Origin: an uncultured Bacteroides sp.
Lineage (GTDB): Bacteria; Bacteroidota; Bacteroidia; Bacteroidales; Bacteroidaceae
NCBI GenBank assembly: GCA_964583185.1
Contig: CAZOVL010000002.1
Span: 10,504-74,503 of the forward strand
Reading direction: 5' to 3'
Length of the DNA stretch: 64,000 bases
Within the stretch, counting starts at the first letter, position 1, and each line of letters begins with the position of its first letter. Position numbers and translations under genes: made by a program. Positions 29,199 through 38,726 of this stretch are shown in pieces. The notes under the pieces are model-generated. The model saw only the letters and a program-made list of their open reading frames with translations, was not told where the DNA came from and searched no databases.

Positions 29199-29871
29199 CT
29201 ATCTCTGGCATATCTCGCTTCCACTCTTGAATGGTCTTGGTCTGAATAAACTCATCGGGGCAAGTGATATTCGCAGCAATACATAACTTGGTTTGTGCCT
29301 TACAGTTTTTCAAAATATCATCAACCATTTGTTTATTTCTGTAGGGTGTTTCAATGAATAGCTGAGTTTCATCATCGCCATAAATTCTACGCTCTAACTC
29401 TTTTATTTTTTGAACTCTTCGATCACCTTGTATTGGCAGGTACCCATGAAAGGTAAAACTTTGTCCGTTAAACCCTGAAGCCATCAAAGAAAGAAGAATA
29501 GATGAAGGCCCAACCAAAGGAATCACTTTTATATTTTTTTTATGAGCCAAAGCAACTAAATCCGATCCCGGGTCAGCAACAGCAGGACAACCTGCTTCGG
29601 ACATTAAACCAACAGGTTCTCCCTTTAAAAGAGGAGCCATATATTCCTGTAATTTACCTTTAGGTGTTCGTTTATTTAATTCATAAAAAGTTAAATCATC
29701 AATTACTATTGAAGTATCTACTTTTTTCAAGAAACGACGTGCGGTTCTCAAGTCTTCAACAACAAAATGTTTAATCTGTAAAATAACTGATTTATTGTAA
29801 TCAGGAAGAACATTAGAAATCGATGTATCTCCTAATGTTACAGGAATTAAATACAATCCGTTAGAAAGCAT
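29164..29871 (-). CDS. Tetrapyrrole-methylase-fold SAM-dependent methyltransferase (RsmI-like)
   Basis: LYLIPVTLGD N-terminus and EAGCPAVADPGSDLV block, resembling RsmI. 235 aa. Confidence 0.6.
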   Translation of the reverse strand: MLSNGLYLIPVTLGDTSISNVLPDYNKSVILQIKHFVVEDLRTARRFLKKVDTSIVIDDLTFYELNKRTPKGKLQEYMAPLLKGEPVGLMSEAGCPAVADPGSDLVALAHKKNIKVIPLVGPSSILLSLMASGFNGQSFTFHGYLPIQGDRRVQKIKELERRIYGDDETQLFIETPYRNKQMVDDILKNCKAQTKLCIAANITCPDEFIQTKTIQEWKRDMPEIAKVPCIFLLYK

Positions 29872-29879
29872 AAAATAGT

Positions 29880-30896
29880 CTATTCAGGATTAAATTTTGA
29901 TTCTTCTAAAAAATATACACTGTTATTATTGTTTAGAAGTTCCAGCCAAGAAGTTTTTTTATATTGTTCCATATAGCCTTCAACAATTTGATAACCAAGC
30001 CAAATTCCTAATAACAAAGGACTTTCCTCACGATAAAAACCCGTAGGGATAGGACGTATATATTCTCTTATTAACATTGGGTCTGTAGACTGTAACAATC
30101 GGTTACGTAACATAAATCCCCATAATGCAGATTTGTTCTCTTTACACCACTTTTTCTCTTCTTGATTATAACCTAAAACAGTTTCTATTCCTTTATTACC
30201 AAGTAATTCATCCACAATATAATAGATCTTACCATAATAAATCATAACATCCAGTAAAGTGATGCCATAAAGAGTAAGTGGATATTCGCTAATTAAATAA
30301 TAAACAAAACTATCATACAAAATTTGTTCAGGTTTCATTAAGCGAGTTTGATAATCATAATAATAGTTTTGATATAGGGGATAATCTTGCCCCATATATT
30401 TATCTAAACTAATACCCAATAGACTATCGGTTACAATGATAGACTCATTAAGAGCAGACACTTGAGTATAAATTTCAGGAATTTTTATTCCATCAAGATT
30501 TTTCTCCAACTCTTTAAATCCTTTAGATAATTCCTTTTCATAAGAAGATAAGTCTGAAAACTTTTCAGATACATCATTCATTAATTGCATAAGAATAGGG
30601 TCAGAGTAGAAAGCTTTCAATTTATAGGCCAAACTATCATCGGTGAATATACCCAAAGTTAATACCTCCTCAAAAAGAACTTGAGTAATAGGTAGATAGG
30701 TAGTATTCATTTTTTGTAAAGCAGATAGACTGTTAGAATCAATATAGTCTTTTAACAGTCTATCATATCTAATGATCATAAAATTTTCTTTCGTATGATT
30801 CGGCACATTATTAGTAGTTCTTGTTGAAAAATCACAAGAAGAAACAATGAGTAGAATTAATGATAAGAATAAATATTTTATGATACGGTGTTTCAT
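29880..30896 (-). CDS. gldB: GldB-like gliding-motility-associated lipoprotein
   Basis: Lipobox IVSSC. The C-terminal block KWCKENKSALWGFM..LGIWLGYQIVEGYM..SKFNPE matches my recollection of GldB (KWC.ENES.MW..G.WIGWQIV..YM..SKYKP). Confidence 0.6.
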   Translation of the reverse strand: MKHRIIKYLFLSLILLIVSSCDFSTRTTNNVPNHTKENFMIIRYDRLLKDYIDSNSLSALQKMNTTYLPITQVLFEEVLTLGIFTDDSLAYKLKAFYSDPILMQLMNDVSEKFSDLSSYEKELSKGFKELEKNLDGIKIPEIYTQVSALNESIIVTDSLLGISLDKYMGQDYPLYQNYYYDYQTRLMKPEQILYDSFVYYLISEYPLTLYGITLLDVMIYYGKIYYIVDELLGNKGIETVLGYNQEEKKWCKENKSALWGFMLRNRLLQSTDPMLIREYIRPIPTGFYREESPLLLGIWLGYQIVEGYMEQYKKTSWLELLNNNNSVYFLEESKFNPE

Positions 30897-31754
30897 TTAT
30901 CCATAAATTATTTTTCCATCAGCATCTTTATAGTCGTCCAGCCCTTTTTCATAGGTGGCCATAGCACGTAAACTCATACCTATACTAGAGAATCCTCCAT
31001 CGTGGAATAAGTTCTGCATAGTTACTTTACGTGTTAAGTCAGAAAACATAACTACACAATAATCTGCACACTCTTCGGCTGAAGCATTACCTAAAGGAGA
31101 CATACGATTGGCAAAATCATACAGTTTATCCATTCCTTTAACCCCGGAACCTGCAGTAGTCATAGTAGGTGATTGAGAAATGGTATTGATACGTACATTG
31201 CATTCTCTACCATAAATATAACCAAAACTTCTGGCTATAGACTCTAATAATGCTTTTGCATCTGCCATATCATTGTAACCAAAGAAGGTTCGCTGTGCTG
31301 CTGCATAACTTAAAGCAATAACTGATCCACCATCAGCAATGGCATTTAGCTTTTTAGCCGATTGAAGCATTTTATGGAATGAAACAGCCGAAATATCTAA
31401 AGTTTGTTCCAAAGAAGAGTAATTCAAATCATCATACGTTCTTTTTTTACGAACATTTGGAGACATCCCAATGGAATGAAGAACAAAATCAATCTTTCCA
31501 CCTAAAATCTCTACCGATTCTTTAAAAACCCTCTCCAGATCTTCTACACTTGTAGCATCTGCTGGTATAATTTCACTATTTAGTTTCTCTGCTAACTCGT
31601 TTAGTTCTCCCATACGTAAAGCAATAGGAGTGTTTGATAATGTAATTTTAGCACCTTCTTCAACAGCTCTCTCAGCTGTTTTCCATGCAATTGATTGCTC
31701 ATTTAAGGCACCAAAAATAATACCTCGTTTACCTTTCAATAAATTGTAACTCAT
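30897..31754 (-). CDS. fabI: Enoyl-ACP reductase (NADH), FabI
   Basis: LKGKRGIIFGALNEQSIAW dinucleotide-binding N-terminus, SDR-like core, 285 aa. Confidence 0.9.
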   Translation of the reverse strand: MSYNLLKGKRGIIFGALNEQSIAWKTAERAVEEGAKITLSNTPIALRMGELNELAEKLNSEIIPADATSVEDLERVFKESVEILGGKIDFVLHSIGMSPNVRKKRTYDDLNYSSLEQTLDISAVSFHKMLQSAKKLNAIADGGSVIALSYAAAQRTFFGYNDMADAKALLESIARSFGYIYGRECNVRINTISQSPTMTTAGSGVKGMDKLYDFANRMSPLGNASAEECADYCVVMFSDLTRKVTMQNLFHDGGFSSIGMSLRAMATYEKGLDDYKDADGKIIYG

Positions 31755-31780
31755 ATTTTGTTAAAAGTTAAATTAGATTG

Positions 31781-31788
31781 CAAAGATA
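31781..31788 (-). promoter_or_regulatory. -7 box (TATCTTTG on the minus strand, in the context ttgcaaagataaa)
   Basis: caaagata on the plus strand, 27 bp upstream of the fabI start at 31754. Confidence 0.45.
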
Positions 31789-31895
31789 AAGGATTTAGAT
31801 TGGATATAGTTAGTAAAGTCGCATTTTATATCAAAATTGTCAAAAAAGACACACTTTAGATCAAAAAATACACATACAAAATGTTAAAGAACGAG

Positions 31896-31903
31896 TATTT
31901 TTG
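31896..31903 (+). promoter_or_regulatory. -7 box TATTTTTG
   Basis: Matches TAnnTTTG, 58 bp upstream of the ATG at 31961. Confidence 0.35.
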
Positions 31904-31960
31904 AGATTAGTCAAATACATAAATTAATAACATTATAATAACTATAAACAGCTGAACAAA

Positions 31961-33175
31961 ATGAAAAAAAACACATTATTTTTCGTTTTTTTATTTACAA
32001 CCCTAAGTTTCAGTTTGGCTCAACAAACTAAGAGAATAACCATTAAGGTATCCAATCAATGGAACCAAATTAAACAAGATGAGCCTATCGTTATCAAGTT
32101 AGAAGACTTAAACTTGGATTTTGAGGTAAATGGGGCCATTGTTAAAGAAGGAAACAGAGAAATTCCTTCTCAGCTGGATGACTTAAACGACGATGGAATC
32201 AATGAGGAACTAGCTTTTCTTATTGATATTAATGAATCCAGTTCTAAAAACTATATCATTGACTTATATAATATAAAACAAGATAGAAGTTATACACCAC
32301 GAGTACATGCTCAAATGCTGGTTAGTGATAAAAAGGGGAAACATGTTCCGGTTACTGCAGTAAGCATTCCTGGCACGAGTAACATTTATAACCAAATGCA
32401 TCATCACGGTCCGGCAATAGAATCGGAGTTAACAGCCTACCGCCTTTACTTTGACGAGAAACAAACGGTAGACATTTATGGAAAATTCAAGAAAGGTTTT
32501 GAAGTAGAAGCTTCCGGATGGTATCCTAACGACGAGCAATTAGCTGAAGGTTTTGGTGATGATGTGCTTAGAGTAGGTAGCAGTTGTGGACAGGGAGCAC
32601 TTAAAGGATGGAATGGAAATGAGGCTACTCACATCTCACCTGTTAAAACTAGAACTGCCAGAGTTTTAGCCTATGGTCCAGTACGAGCCATCATTGAAAT
32701 GGAAGTAAAAGGTTGGGAATATCAGGGTGGCTCAATATGTATGATTAATAGATATACAATCTATGGAGGTCATCGAGACGCTGAAGTGGAATTATTTTTC
32801 GGCGAACCATTAAATAAACAAACTTTTGCTACAGGAGTTCAAAAAATAAAAGATTCTGACTATTTTTCAGATGGAAAAGGACTAGTGGCCTGTTGGGGTA
32901 CTGACTGGCCGGTTAATGACACGATTAAGTATGCCAAAGAAACGGTTGGACTGGGCACATACATTCCACACAAATACATTGTAAAAGAAGCTCAAGATAA
33001 ACGCAACTATCTATATATAATATCTTTACCTAATCAAAATTACTTAAAATATTACATAAACTTTACTTCAAGAAAGGAAACCTTTGGTTATAAAACCAAA
33101 GAAGAATGGTTCAAGTACCTAACCAGTTGGAAAAACAGTATTGAACAACCTGTTTCCATAACCATCGGTAAATAA
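31961..33175 (+). CDS. Secreted DUF4861-like protein
   Basis: Signal peptide. The central block HHHGPAIESELTAYRLYFDEKQTVDIYGK is recalled as typical of DUF4861 proteins in Bacteroidota uronate/pectin loci. Assignment is from memory only. Confidence 0.5.
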   Translation: MKKNTLFFVFLFTTLSFSLAQQTKRITIKVSNQWNQIKQDEPIVIKLEDLNLDFEVNGAIVKEGNREIPSQLDDLNDDGINEELAFLIDINESSSKNYIIDLYNIKQDRSYTPRVHAQMLVSDKKGKHVPVTAVSIPGTSNIYNQMHHHGPAIESELTAYRLYFDEKQTVDIYGKFKKGFEVEASGWYPNDEQLAEGFGDDVLRVGSSCGQGALKGWNGNEATHISPVKTRTARVLAYGPVRAIIEMEVKGWEYQGGSICMINRYTIYGGHRDAEVELFFGEPLNKQTFATGVQKIKDSDYFSDGKGLVACWGTDWPVNDTIKYAKETVGLGTYIPHKYIVKEAQDKRNYLYIISLPNQNYLKYYINFTSRKETFGYKTKEEWFKYLTSWKNSIEQPVSITIGK

Positions 33176-33183
33176 AACAGATT

Positions 33184-34839
33184 ATGAAAAAAACGGTTTT
33201 ACTATCATTCTTTTTAATTCTTAGCTTCTTTTTATTAGGACAAACCACAAACTACGTTTCCGAAGTTTGGGTGGCCGATCAAGGAGATGGCACCTATAAG
33301 AACCCCATACTATATGCCGATTATTCTGATCCGGATGTATGCAGAGTAGGTGACGATTTTTATATGACCTCTTCTAGTTTTAACTGTCTACCGGGTCTGC
33401 AAATCTTACATTCAAAAGATTTAGTTAATTGGAGCATCATCAGTGCCGCAATACCTTATGAATTAACACCACTAGAGACTCCGGAAGTTCCTCAACACGG
33501 AAATCGCGTTTGGGCACCTTGTATCAGGCATCATAATGAGGAATTCTATATCTTCTGGGGTGATCCGGATCAGGGAGCATTTATGGTTAAGTCTAAAAAT
33601 CCAGAAGGACCTTGGAGTAACCCCATATTAGTTAAGGCAGGAAAAGGGATTATAGACACTACTCCATTTTGGGACGATGATGGACGGATATATATGGCTC
33701 ACGCATATGCGGGTAGTAGAGCTGAACTCAAAAGTGTATTAGCCATATGCGAGTTGAATGCTACAGCAACAAGAGCAATAACCCCATCACGTATTGTATT
33801 TGATGGACACAAAAACCACCCTACAGTTGAAGGCCCTAAGTTTCACAAAAGAAATGGTTATTATTACCTCTTTGCCCCTGCCGGAGGAGTAGCTACCGGA
33901 TGGCAATTGGTATTAAGATCGAAAGAAGTATATGGTCCTTATGAGGAAAAAATTGTAATGGAGCAAAAAGACACGCCAATCAACGGACCTCATCAAGGGG
34001 CTTGGGTTGACACCCCATCGGGTGAAGATTGGTTTATTCATTTTCAAGATGTAGGTCCATTAGGTAGAATAACTCATCTACAGCCCATGAAGTGGGTAAA
34101 CGATTGGCCTGTTATTGGGGAAGACAAGAAAAGTACAGGTGTTGGTAAACCTGTTCTGACTTATAAAAAACCAAATGTGGGAAAAAGTTATCCCATTACA
34201 ACTCCACAAGAGAGTGATGAGTTTAGTGGATTAACGTTATCGTCTCAATGGCAATGGCATGCTAATAGCAATGAAAAGTGGGCTTATTGTGCCGGTGACA
34301 AAGGTTTTTTACGCCTTTATTCTTATCCGGTAAGAAGAGATTATAAAAGCTTATGGGATGTGGCTAATCTTTTACTTCAAAAAGCACCGGCAGATAATTT
34401 CTCAGCTACAATAAAACTCTCTTTCACTCCTTCACCTCAATATTACGGAGAGAGAACAGGACTTATAATGATGGGAATGGATTATGCGGGTCTTATTTTG
34501 GAAAACACCCAAGAGGGTATCACTTTGTCACAAGTAGAATGCATAGGAGCTGATAAAGGAAAGCAAGAGGTTGTAAATGAAAAGACTATAACCAAGGCAA
34601 AAGATATCTACTTCAGGGTAAAGCTTGAAACTGTGGGTACTAAGGGTAACGACAAAAAAGTAATCTGTAACTTCAGTTACAGCACCAATGGAAAGAAATT
34701 CAACCCCTTTGGAAAAACCTTCAATGTTAAAGAAGGAAAATGGATTGGAGCTAAAGTGGGAACTTTCTGCACACGTCCCAATCTAATTATAAATGATGGG
34801 GGTTGGGTTGATATAGATTGGTTTAGAGTTCATAAATAG
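33184..34839 (+). CDS. Glycoside hydrolase family 43 (beta-xylosidase / alpha-L-arabinofuranosidase type) with a C-terminal beta-sandwich domain
   Basis: Signal peptide and GH43 blocks NPILYADYSDPDVCRVGDDFYMTSSSF, WAPCIRHH, EGPKFHKRNGYYYLF. C-terminal domain of about 200 aa. Confidence 0.85.
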   Translation: MKKTVLLSFFLILSFFLLGQTTNYVSEVWVADQGDGTYKNPILYADYSDPDVCRVGDDFYMTSSSFNCLPGLQILHSKDLVNWSIISAAIPYELTPLETPEVPQHGNRVWAPCIRHHNEEFYIFWGDPDQGAFMVKSKNPEGPWSNPILVKAGKGIIDTTPFWDDDGRIYMAHAYAGSRAELKSVLAICELNATATRAITPSRIVFDGHKNHPTVEGPKFHKRNGYYYLFAPAGGVATGWQLVLRSKEVYGPYEEKIVMEQKDTPINGPHQGAWVDTPSGEDWFIHFQDVGPLGRITHLQPMKWVNDWPVIGEDKKSTGVGKPVLTYKKPNVGKSYPITTPQESDEFSGLTLSSQWQWHANSNEKWAYCAGDKGFLRLYSYPVRRDYKSLWDVANLLLQKAPADNFSATIKLSFTPSPQYYGERTGLIMMGMDYAGLILENTQEGITLSQVECIGADKGKQEVVNEKTITKAKDIYFRVKLETVGTKGNDKKVICNFSYSTNGKKFNPFGKTFNVKEGKWIGAKVGTFCTRPNLIINDGGWVDIDWFRVHK

Positions 34840-34984
34840 GGTTGAATTAGGAATAAAGTAAAGTCTTCATTTCTGTTTTTATAATTCAATATATTACTTT
34901 ACTGTGGTGAAAAAAAGTGAACATTATATGAACAAAAAAAAGACTTCATTAAAGCCTTAAAACAACGTTTTTTAATCAACCTCA

Positions 34985-35072
34985 TCGGTCTAGGACCGAA
35001 GGGCTGTCGGTCTAGGACTGAAGGGTGCTCGGTCTAGGACCGAAGGCCTTTGGGTCTAAGACCGTAAAAAAA
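34985..35072. repeat. Array of four tandem 22-bp palindrome-containing units (repeat family, locus 2)
   Basis: Units at 34985-35006, 35007-35028, 35029-35050 and 35051-35072: tcggtctaggaccgaagggctg / tcggtctaggactgaagggtgc / tcggtctaggaccgaaggcctt / tgggtctaagaccgtaaaaaaa. Confidence 0.9.
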
Positions 35073-35247
35073 GCCTTTTCCTTACACACTTTTTAATTCC
35101 TTTTTTATTGGATGTATATCAACACGAACTAGTGAAATAAAACTTAAAATTGAAGTCCATAAAACTAAATTCTAAATACCTGTTTATTTAATTAAAATAC
35201 AATATTTAATTAGAGCGGCAAATGTTGAAGATAAGTAATAAACGATT

Positions 35248-35859
35248 TTATTCAGCTGACTTTAACTGAACAGAAGGAAGAAGAGAAAGAGCTTGCTTTA
35301 GGGATTCACTTTGTGATTTTCGGATACGAACTGTCATCGAAGCCCCAACACCATAGGCCGATTGATTGATCATATTAGCATCAAACTCTTTTACAATACG
35401 CATAACATCGTTAATACTAGGATACTCAAAAGAAAATTCAATATCTTCATCAATAGTATATGTAATAATTTCAGCCTGCCTTAAAGCTTCAGCAGCTGCC
35501 TCTCTATAAGCCTGAATTAACCCGCCGGTTCCCAATTTTATTCCCCCAAAATAACGGACTACAATTACCAGTACGTTGGTTAACTCATTGGAGTTTATTT
35601 GTCCCAATATGGGTTTACCTGCTGTACTCGAGGGCTCACCATCATCGTTAGCTCTAAACTCTTTCCGTTCGGGACCTAACATATAGGCATAACATACGTG
35701 ACGAGCATTATGATACTTCTTTCGGTACTCATCTAAATACGTCTCAACATCGGATAGATTCTTCACAGGAAAAGCAAAAGATAAAAACTTACTTCTTTTC
35801 TCTGTATATTCTCCTTCTGTTGCAGCAACAATGCTTTTATAGGTATCCTCTATGTTCAT
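35248..35859 (-). CDS. yigZ: YigZ / IMPACT-family protein
   Basis: UPF0029 N-domain with DDGEPSSTAGKPIL and VVVRYFGGIKLGTGGL. 203 aa. Confidence 0.85.
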   Translation of the reverse strand: MNIEDTYKSIVAATEGEYTEKRSKFLSFAFPVKNLSDVETYLDEYRKKYHNARHVCYAYMLGPERKEFRANDDGEPSSTAGKPILGQINSNELTNVLVIVVRYFGGIKLGTGGLIQAYREAAAEALRQAEIITYTIDEDIEFSFEYPSINDVMRIVKEFDANMINQSAYGVGASMTVRIRKSQSESLKQALSLLPSVQLKSAE

Positions 35860-35864
35860 ATAAA

Positions 35865-35872
35865 CAAAGATA
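35865..35872 (-). promoter_or_regulatory. -7 box (TATCTTTG on the minus strand), only 6 bp from the yigZ ATG
   Basis: caaagata on the plus strand at 35865-35872; the ATG complement is at 35857-35859. Confidence 0.3.
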
Positions 35873-36015
35873 GTGATATTTTAGCAATGTGATAAAATTC
35901 AACCGATGAACCCTCTATTTTTTATAAATAGGTGTCTCCCCCTAAAATAGGAGTCTTTTTTGACAACCTACTTTAGTGAGAGACAGTAGAAACACAATCT
36001 ATTTTGAACTTACCT

Positions 36016-36744
36016 TTAGAACGAAAATAATTGAGCACCTATTTGGAAAAAAGCCCTATCACCTTGTGGATTCCATAAAACACACGCATAGACAGGAATC
36101 TCCAACTTTCCTACTTGAATGTTACGGGACACTTTTAAGGTAATGTGAACAATTCCCGCTTTATCACCATAAAAATGCGAAGAATCACCAGATTTATTTA
36201 AAGCAAAAGCACCTCCTACACCCGTGTCAACTCTCCACTCTTTTTTGTTATAAATTGGATATTCTATATAACAAAAAGTAGAATACTTGTTTGCTGTATT
36301 AGTAATATTTCGATCACGACCGAAAATCACAGTAGACCAACTCAGAAGTAAAGGAAATTTCTCTTGAAATCTATAACTGACAATAGCGTCAAGAAAGCGC
36401 CCTGTTTCACGTGCATTATAGTTAAAGAATTCCTTATTGTTATAACTAGCATCTGGTGAAAAATTATAAGTATCCCAAAAAGCAAGAGAAAATCCCTTAT
36501 AAATAAAAGTTGCGTGATAATTGAATTCTTTATATGAACCATTTGCATTTGTCCCTCCCCAAACACCTAGTTTAAATCGATTTTTTGAATCTGAAACACT
36601 CACATTACTAGTTAATACCAGACCGTCAGCCACTTCAATACCTCTCCACAAATGCATATTTTGCACATTAACATCAAAATGCAACTGTGCTTGTAGATGT
36701 AGTGAAGAAAATAATACCACAAATAATAACATCCTTTTCCACAT
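36016..36744 (-). CDS. Putative outer-membrane beta-barrel (porin-like) protein, last gene of the polyol operon
   Basis: Signal peptide MWKRMLLFVVLFSSLHLQAQ, alternating beta-strand pattern, aromatic C-terminus ..GAQLFSF. The track start at 36801 is TTG and overlaps the kinase gene; the ATG at 36744 is preferred. Confidence 0.5.
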   Translation of the reverse strand: MWKRMLLFVVLFSSLHLQAQLHFDVNVQNMHLWRGIEVADGLVLTSNVSVSDSKNRFKLGVWGGTNANGSYKEFNYHATFIYKGFSLAFWDTYNFSPDASYNNKEFFNYNARETGRFLDAIVSYRFQEKFPLLLSWSTVIFGRDRNITNTANKYSTFCYIEYPIYNKKEWRVDTGVGGAFALNKSGDSSHFYGDKAGIVHITLKVSRNIQVGKLEIPVYACVLWNPQGDRAFFQIGAQLFSF

Positions 36745-36746
36745 AG

Positions 36747-37628
36747 TTATATATTTTTTATTTCTTCTGGAATAACTGTCATCGCTCCATGTTGTGAACA
36801 AACATAAGCTGAAACTCTCACGGCGAGTTTATGTGCTTCTTTAATACCTTTACCTTTAAGTATGGCAGAACAAAATGCTCCGGTAAAAGAATCTCCTGCT
36901 CCAATAGTATCAATAACATCTACTTTTGGAGTTTCAAGAAATGACACATTACCCGGTGTGAATATATAGCTACCATTAATTCCACAGGTAAGAATGAGTA
37001 TTTTTAGGTTATATTTTGCCAATAGAATCCAGCATTTATCTTGAAAGTCAATACCCGGATAACCGAACATACGACTTAGCAGAACCAACTCTTCATCATT
37101 TATTTTAAGAACATTGCATTTGCTTATTGAATTGCACAGTATCTCTTTAGTATAAAATTTCTGCCGTAAGTTGATATCGAAAATCTTCAATACGCTGTCG
37201 TCTTTTGGCATCACATCCAAAAAACTATTTATAGTCTCCCTACTCACCACATTGCGTTGAGCTAAGGAACCAAAACATACGGCTCTTGTTTGTTTTGCCA
37301 AACTTTCCAATGCAGGTGTGAAAGGGATATTATCCCATGCCGTATTCTCTCGGATTGTATAACTGGGAATTTTGTCTTCATCCAAATCAACTAGTACAGT
37401 ACCGGTAGGATATGGAACTCTTTCAATATGAGAAATAAGTTTCTTTTCTGATAACCGGGCGAGAATTTCATCGCCCAGTTCATCGTTACCCACTGCACTA
37501 ACTACCCTGCTCTCCAGTCCAAACTGGGCTACATTATAAGCAAAGTTAGCCGGAGCTCCACCATTTTTTTTTCCTTCAGGGATCATATCCCATAAGACTT
37601 CTCCTAATCCTACAACTATATTTTTCAT
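36747..37628 (-). CDS. PfkB-family carbohydrate kinase (fructokinase-like)
   Basis: GLGEVLWD N-terminus and DTIGAGDSFTGAF signature. The track start at 37676 is TTG; the ATG at 37628 (MKNIVVGLGE) is preferred. Confidence 0.8.
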   Translation of the reverse strand: MKNIVVGLGEVLWDMIPEGKKNGGAPANFAYNVAQFGLESRVVSAVGNDELGDEILARLSEKKLISHIERVPYPTGTVLVDLDEDKIPSYTIRENTAWDNIPFTPALESLAKQTRAVCFGSLAQRNVVSRETINSFLDVMPKDDSVLKIFDINLRQKFYTKEILCNSISKCNVLKINDEELVLLSRMFGYPGIDFQDKCWILLAKYNLKILILTCGINGSYIFTPGNVSFLETPKVDVIDTIGAGDSFTGAFCSAILKGKGIKEAHKLAVRVSAYVCSQHGAMTVIPEEIKNI

Positions 37629-37662
37629 TGTTATTTCAATATTTAAGGCGTCGATTTGTTTT

Positions 37663-38706
37663 CTATATTTTAACAACTGCTTTTACAATATTCGCTTTAT
37701 CGCGAACACTACTATCCATAGCATTCTGAATATCATCAAAATTAAAAATATCGGTAACTATACCTTTAAGATTTACTTTACCCTTTTCAACAGCTTCAAT
37801 AGCCATTGGGTAAATATGACGATAGCGAAAAACCGTTTTAAACGTCAATTCCTTATCCATAGCAAGACTTAAAGGAAGTGTTACCATTCCTGTTTTAGTG
37901 TAACCAACCAATACTATAGATGCACCTTTACGAGCGATATGTATGGCTTGCTGTGTAGTAACTTCCATCCCAGCGGTGTCGATTACTAAATCTACTCCTC
38001 TACCATTTGTTAGCCGTTCAACTTCTTTTATAATATCAATTTTTTTCGAATTGATAACTTCTGTTGCACCCAATTCCATTGCTTTATCCAAACGTTTCTG
38101 CATTATATCAACCACATATACTTCCTCTACTCCTTTAGCTTTCAGAGCCATCAGAGATACCAATCCAATGCATCCGGCACCAAAAACCACAGCAGTCTGC
38201 CCGGTATGAGCACCTCCTTGATTAGCAGCATGAAAACCAACGGCAAGAGGTTCAATAAGTGCTCCTTCCAAAGTACTCACATTTTCAGGAAGCTTAAAAC
38301 ATAAATTTGCTTCGTGAGCTACATACTCTTGGAATACACCGTCAATTGGAGGAGTAGCAAAAAAAATCACATCCGGGCAAAGATTATAGTTACCTTCTTT
38401 ACAAAACTCACAATGTCCGCAAGTTTTCCCTGGTTCTAGAGCCACACGATCCCCCTCTTTCAGATGAGTTACATTTTTTCCAACTTTCACAACGGTACCA
38501 CCCGGCTCATGCCCAAGTACAAAAGGAGGCTCTACTATATAATCGCCTATTCTACCTGTTTCGTAATAGTGCATATCTGAACCACAGATACCTACGTACT
38601 CCAGTTTTATCAATACTTCATTCTCAGCAGGTTGTGGTATGGGTCTTTCAATAAACCCCATTTGTCCAATACCGTTCATAACGGCTACTTTCATTGACTT
38701 TTTCAT
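37663..38706 (-). CDS. Zn-dependent polyol dehydrogenase (sorbitol / L-iditol 2-dehydrogenase-like)
   Basis: MDR motifs GHEPGGTVVKVG, structural-zinc cluster CGHCEFCKEGNYNLC, Rossmann GAGCIGL. Confidence 0.8.
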   Translation of the reverse strand: MKKSMKVAVMNGIGQMGFIERPIPQPAENEVLIKLEYVGICGSDMHYYETGRIGDYIVEPPFVLGHEPGGTVVKVGKNVTHLKEGDRVALEPGKTCGHCEFCKEGNYNLCPDVIFFATPPIDGVFQEYVAHEANLCFKLPENVSTLEGALIEPLAVGFHAANQGGAHTGQTAVVFGAGCIGLVSLMALKAKGVEEVYVVDIMQKRLDKAMELGATEVINSKKIDIIKEVERLTNGRGVDLVIDTAGMEVTTQQAIHIARKGASIVLVGYTKTGMVTLPLSLAMDKELTFKTVFRYRHIYPMAIEAVEKGKVNLKGIVTDIFNFDDIQNAMDSSVRDKANIVKAVVKI

Positions 38707-38726
38707 GATGATATAGTTTTAATTAT

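Noticed and set aside
34985-35072. Possible CRISPR array, suggested by the regularly spaced palindromic repeats at the three loci
   Set aside because: The units are contiguous (22-bp period) with no unique spacers, only 3-4 units occur per locus, and there are no cas genes in the window. This is a REP/BIME-like tandem palindrome array, not CRISPR.
35900-35975. Weak hairpins followed by T-runs in the yigZ / porin-like-gene spacer, considered as terminators
   Set aside because: The stems are only 4-5 bp with mismatches, and the T-runs face a direction in which no gene ends.
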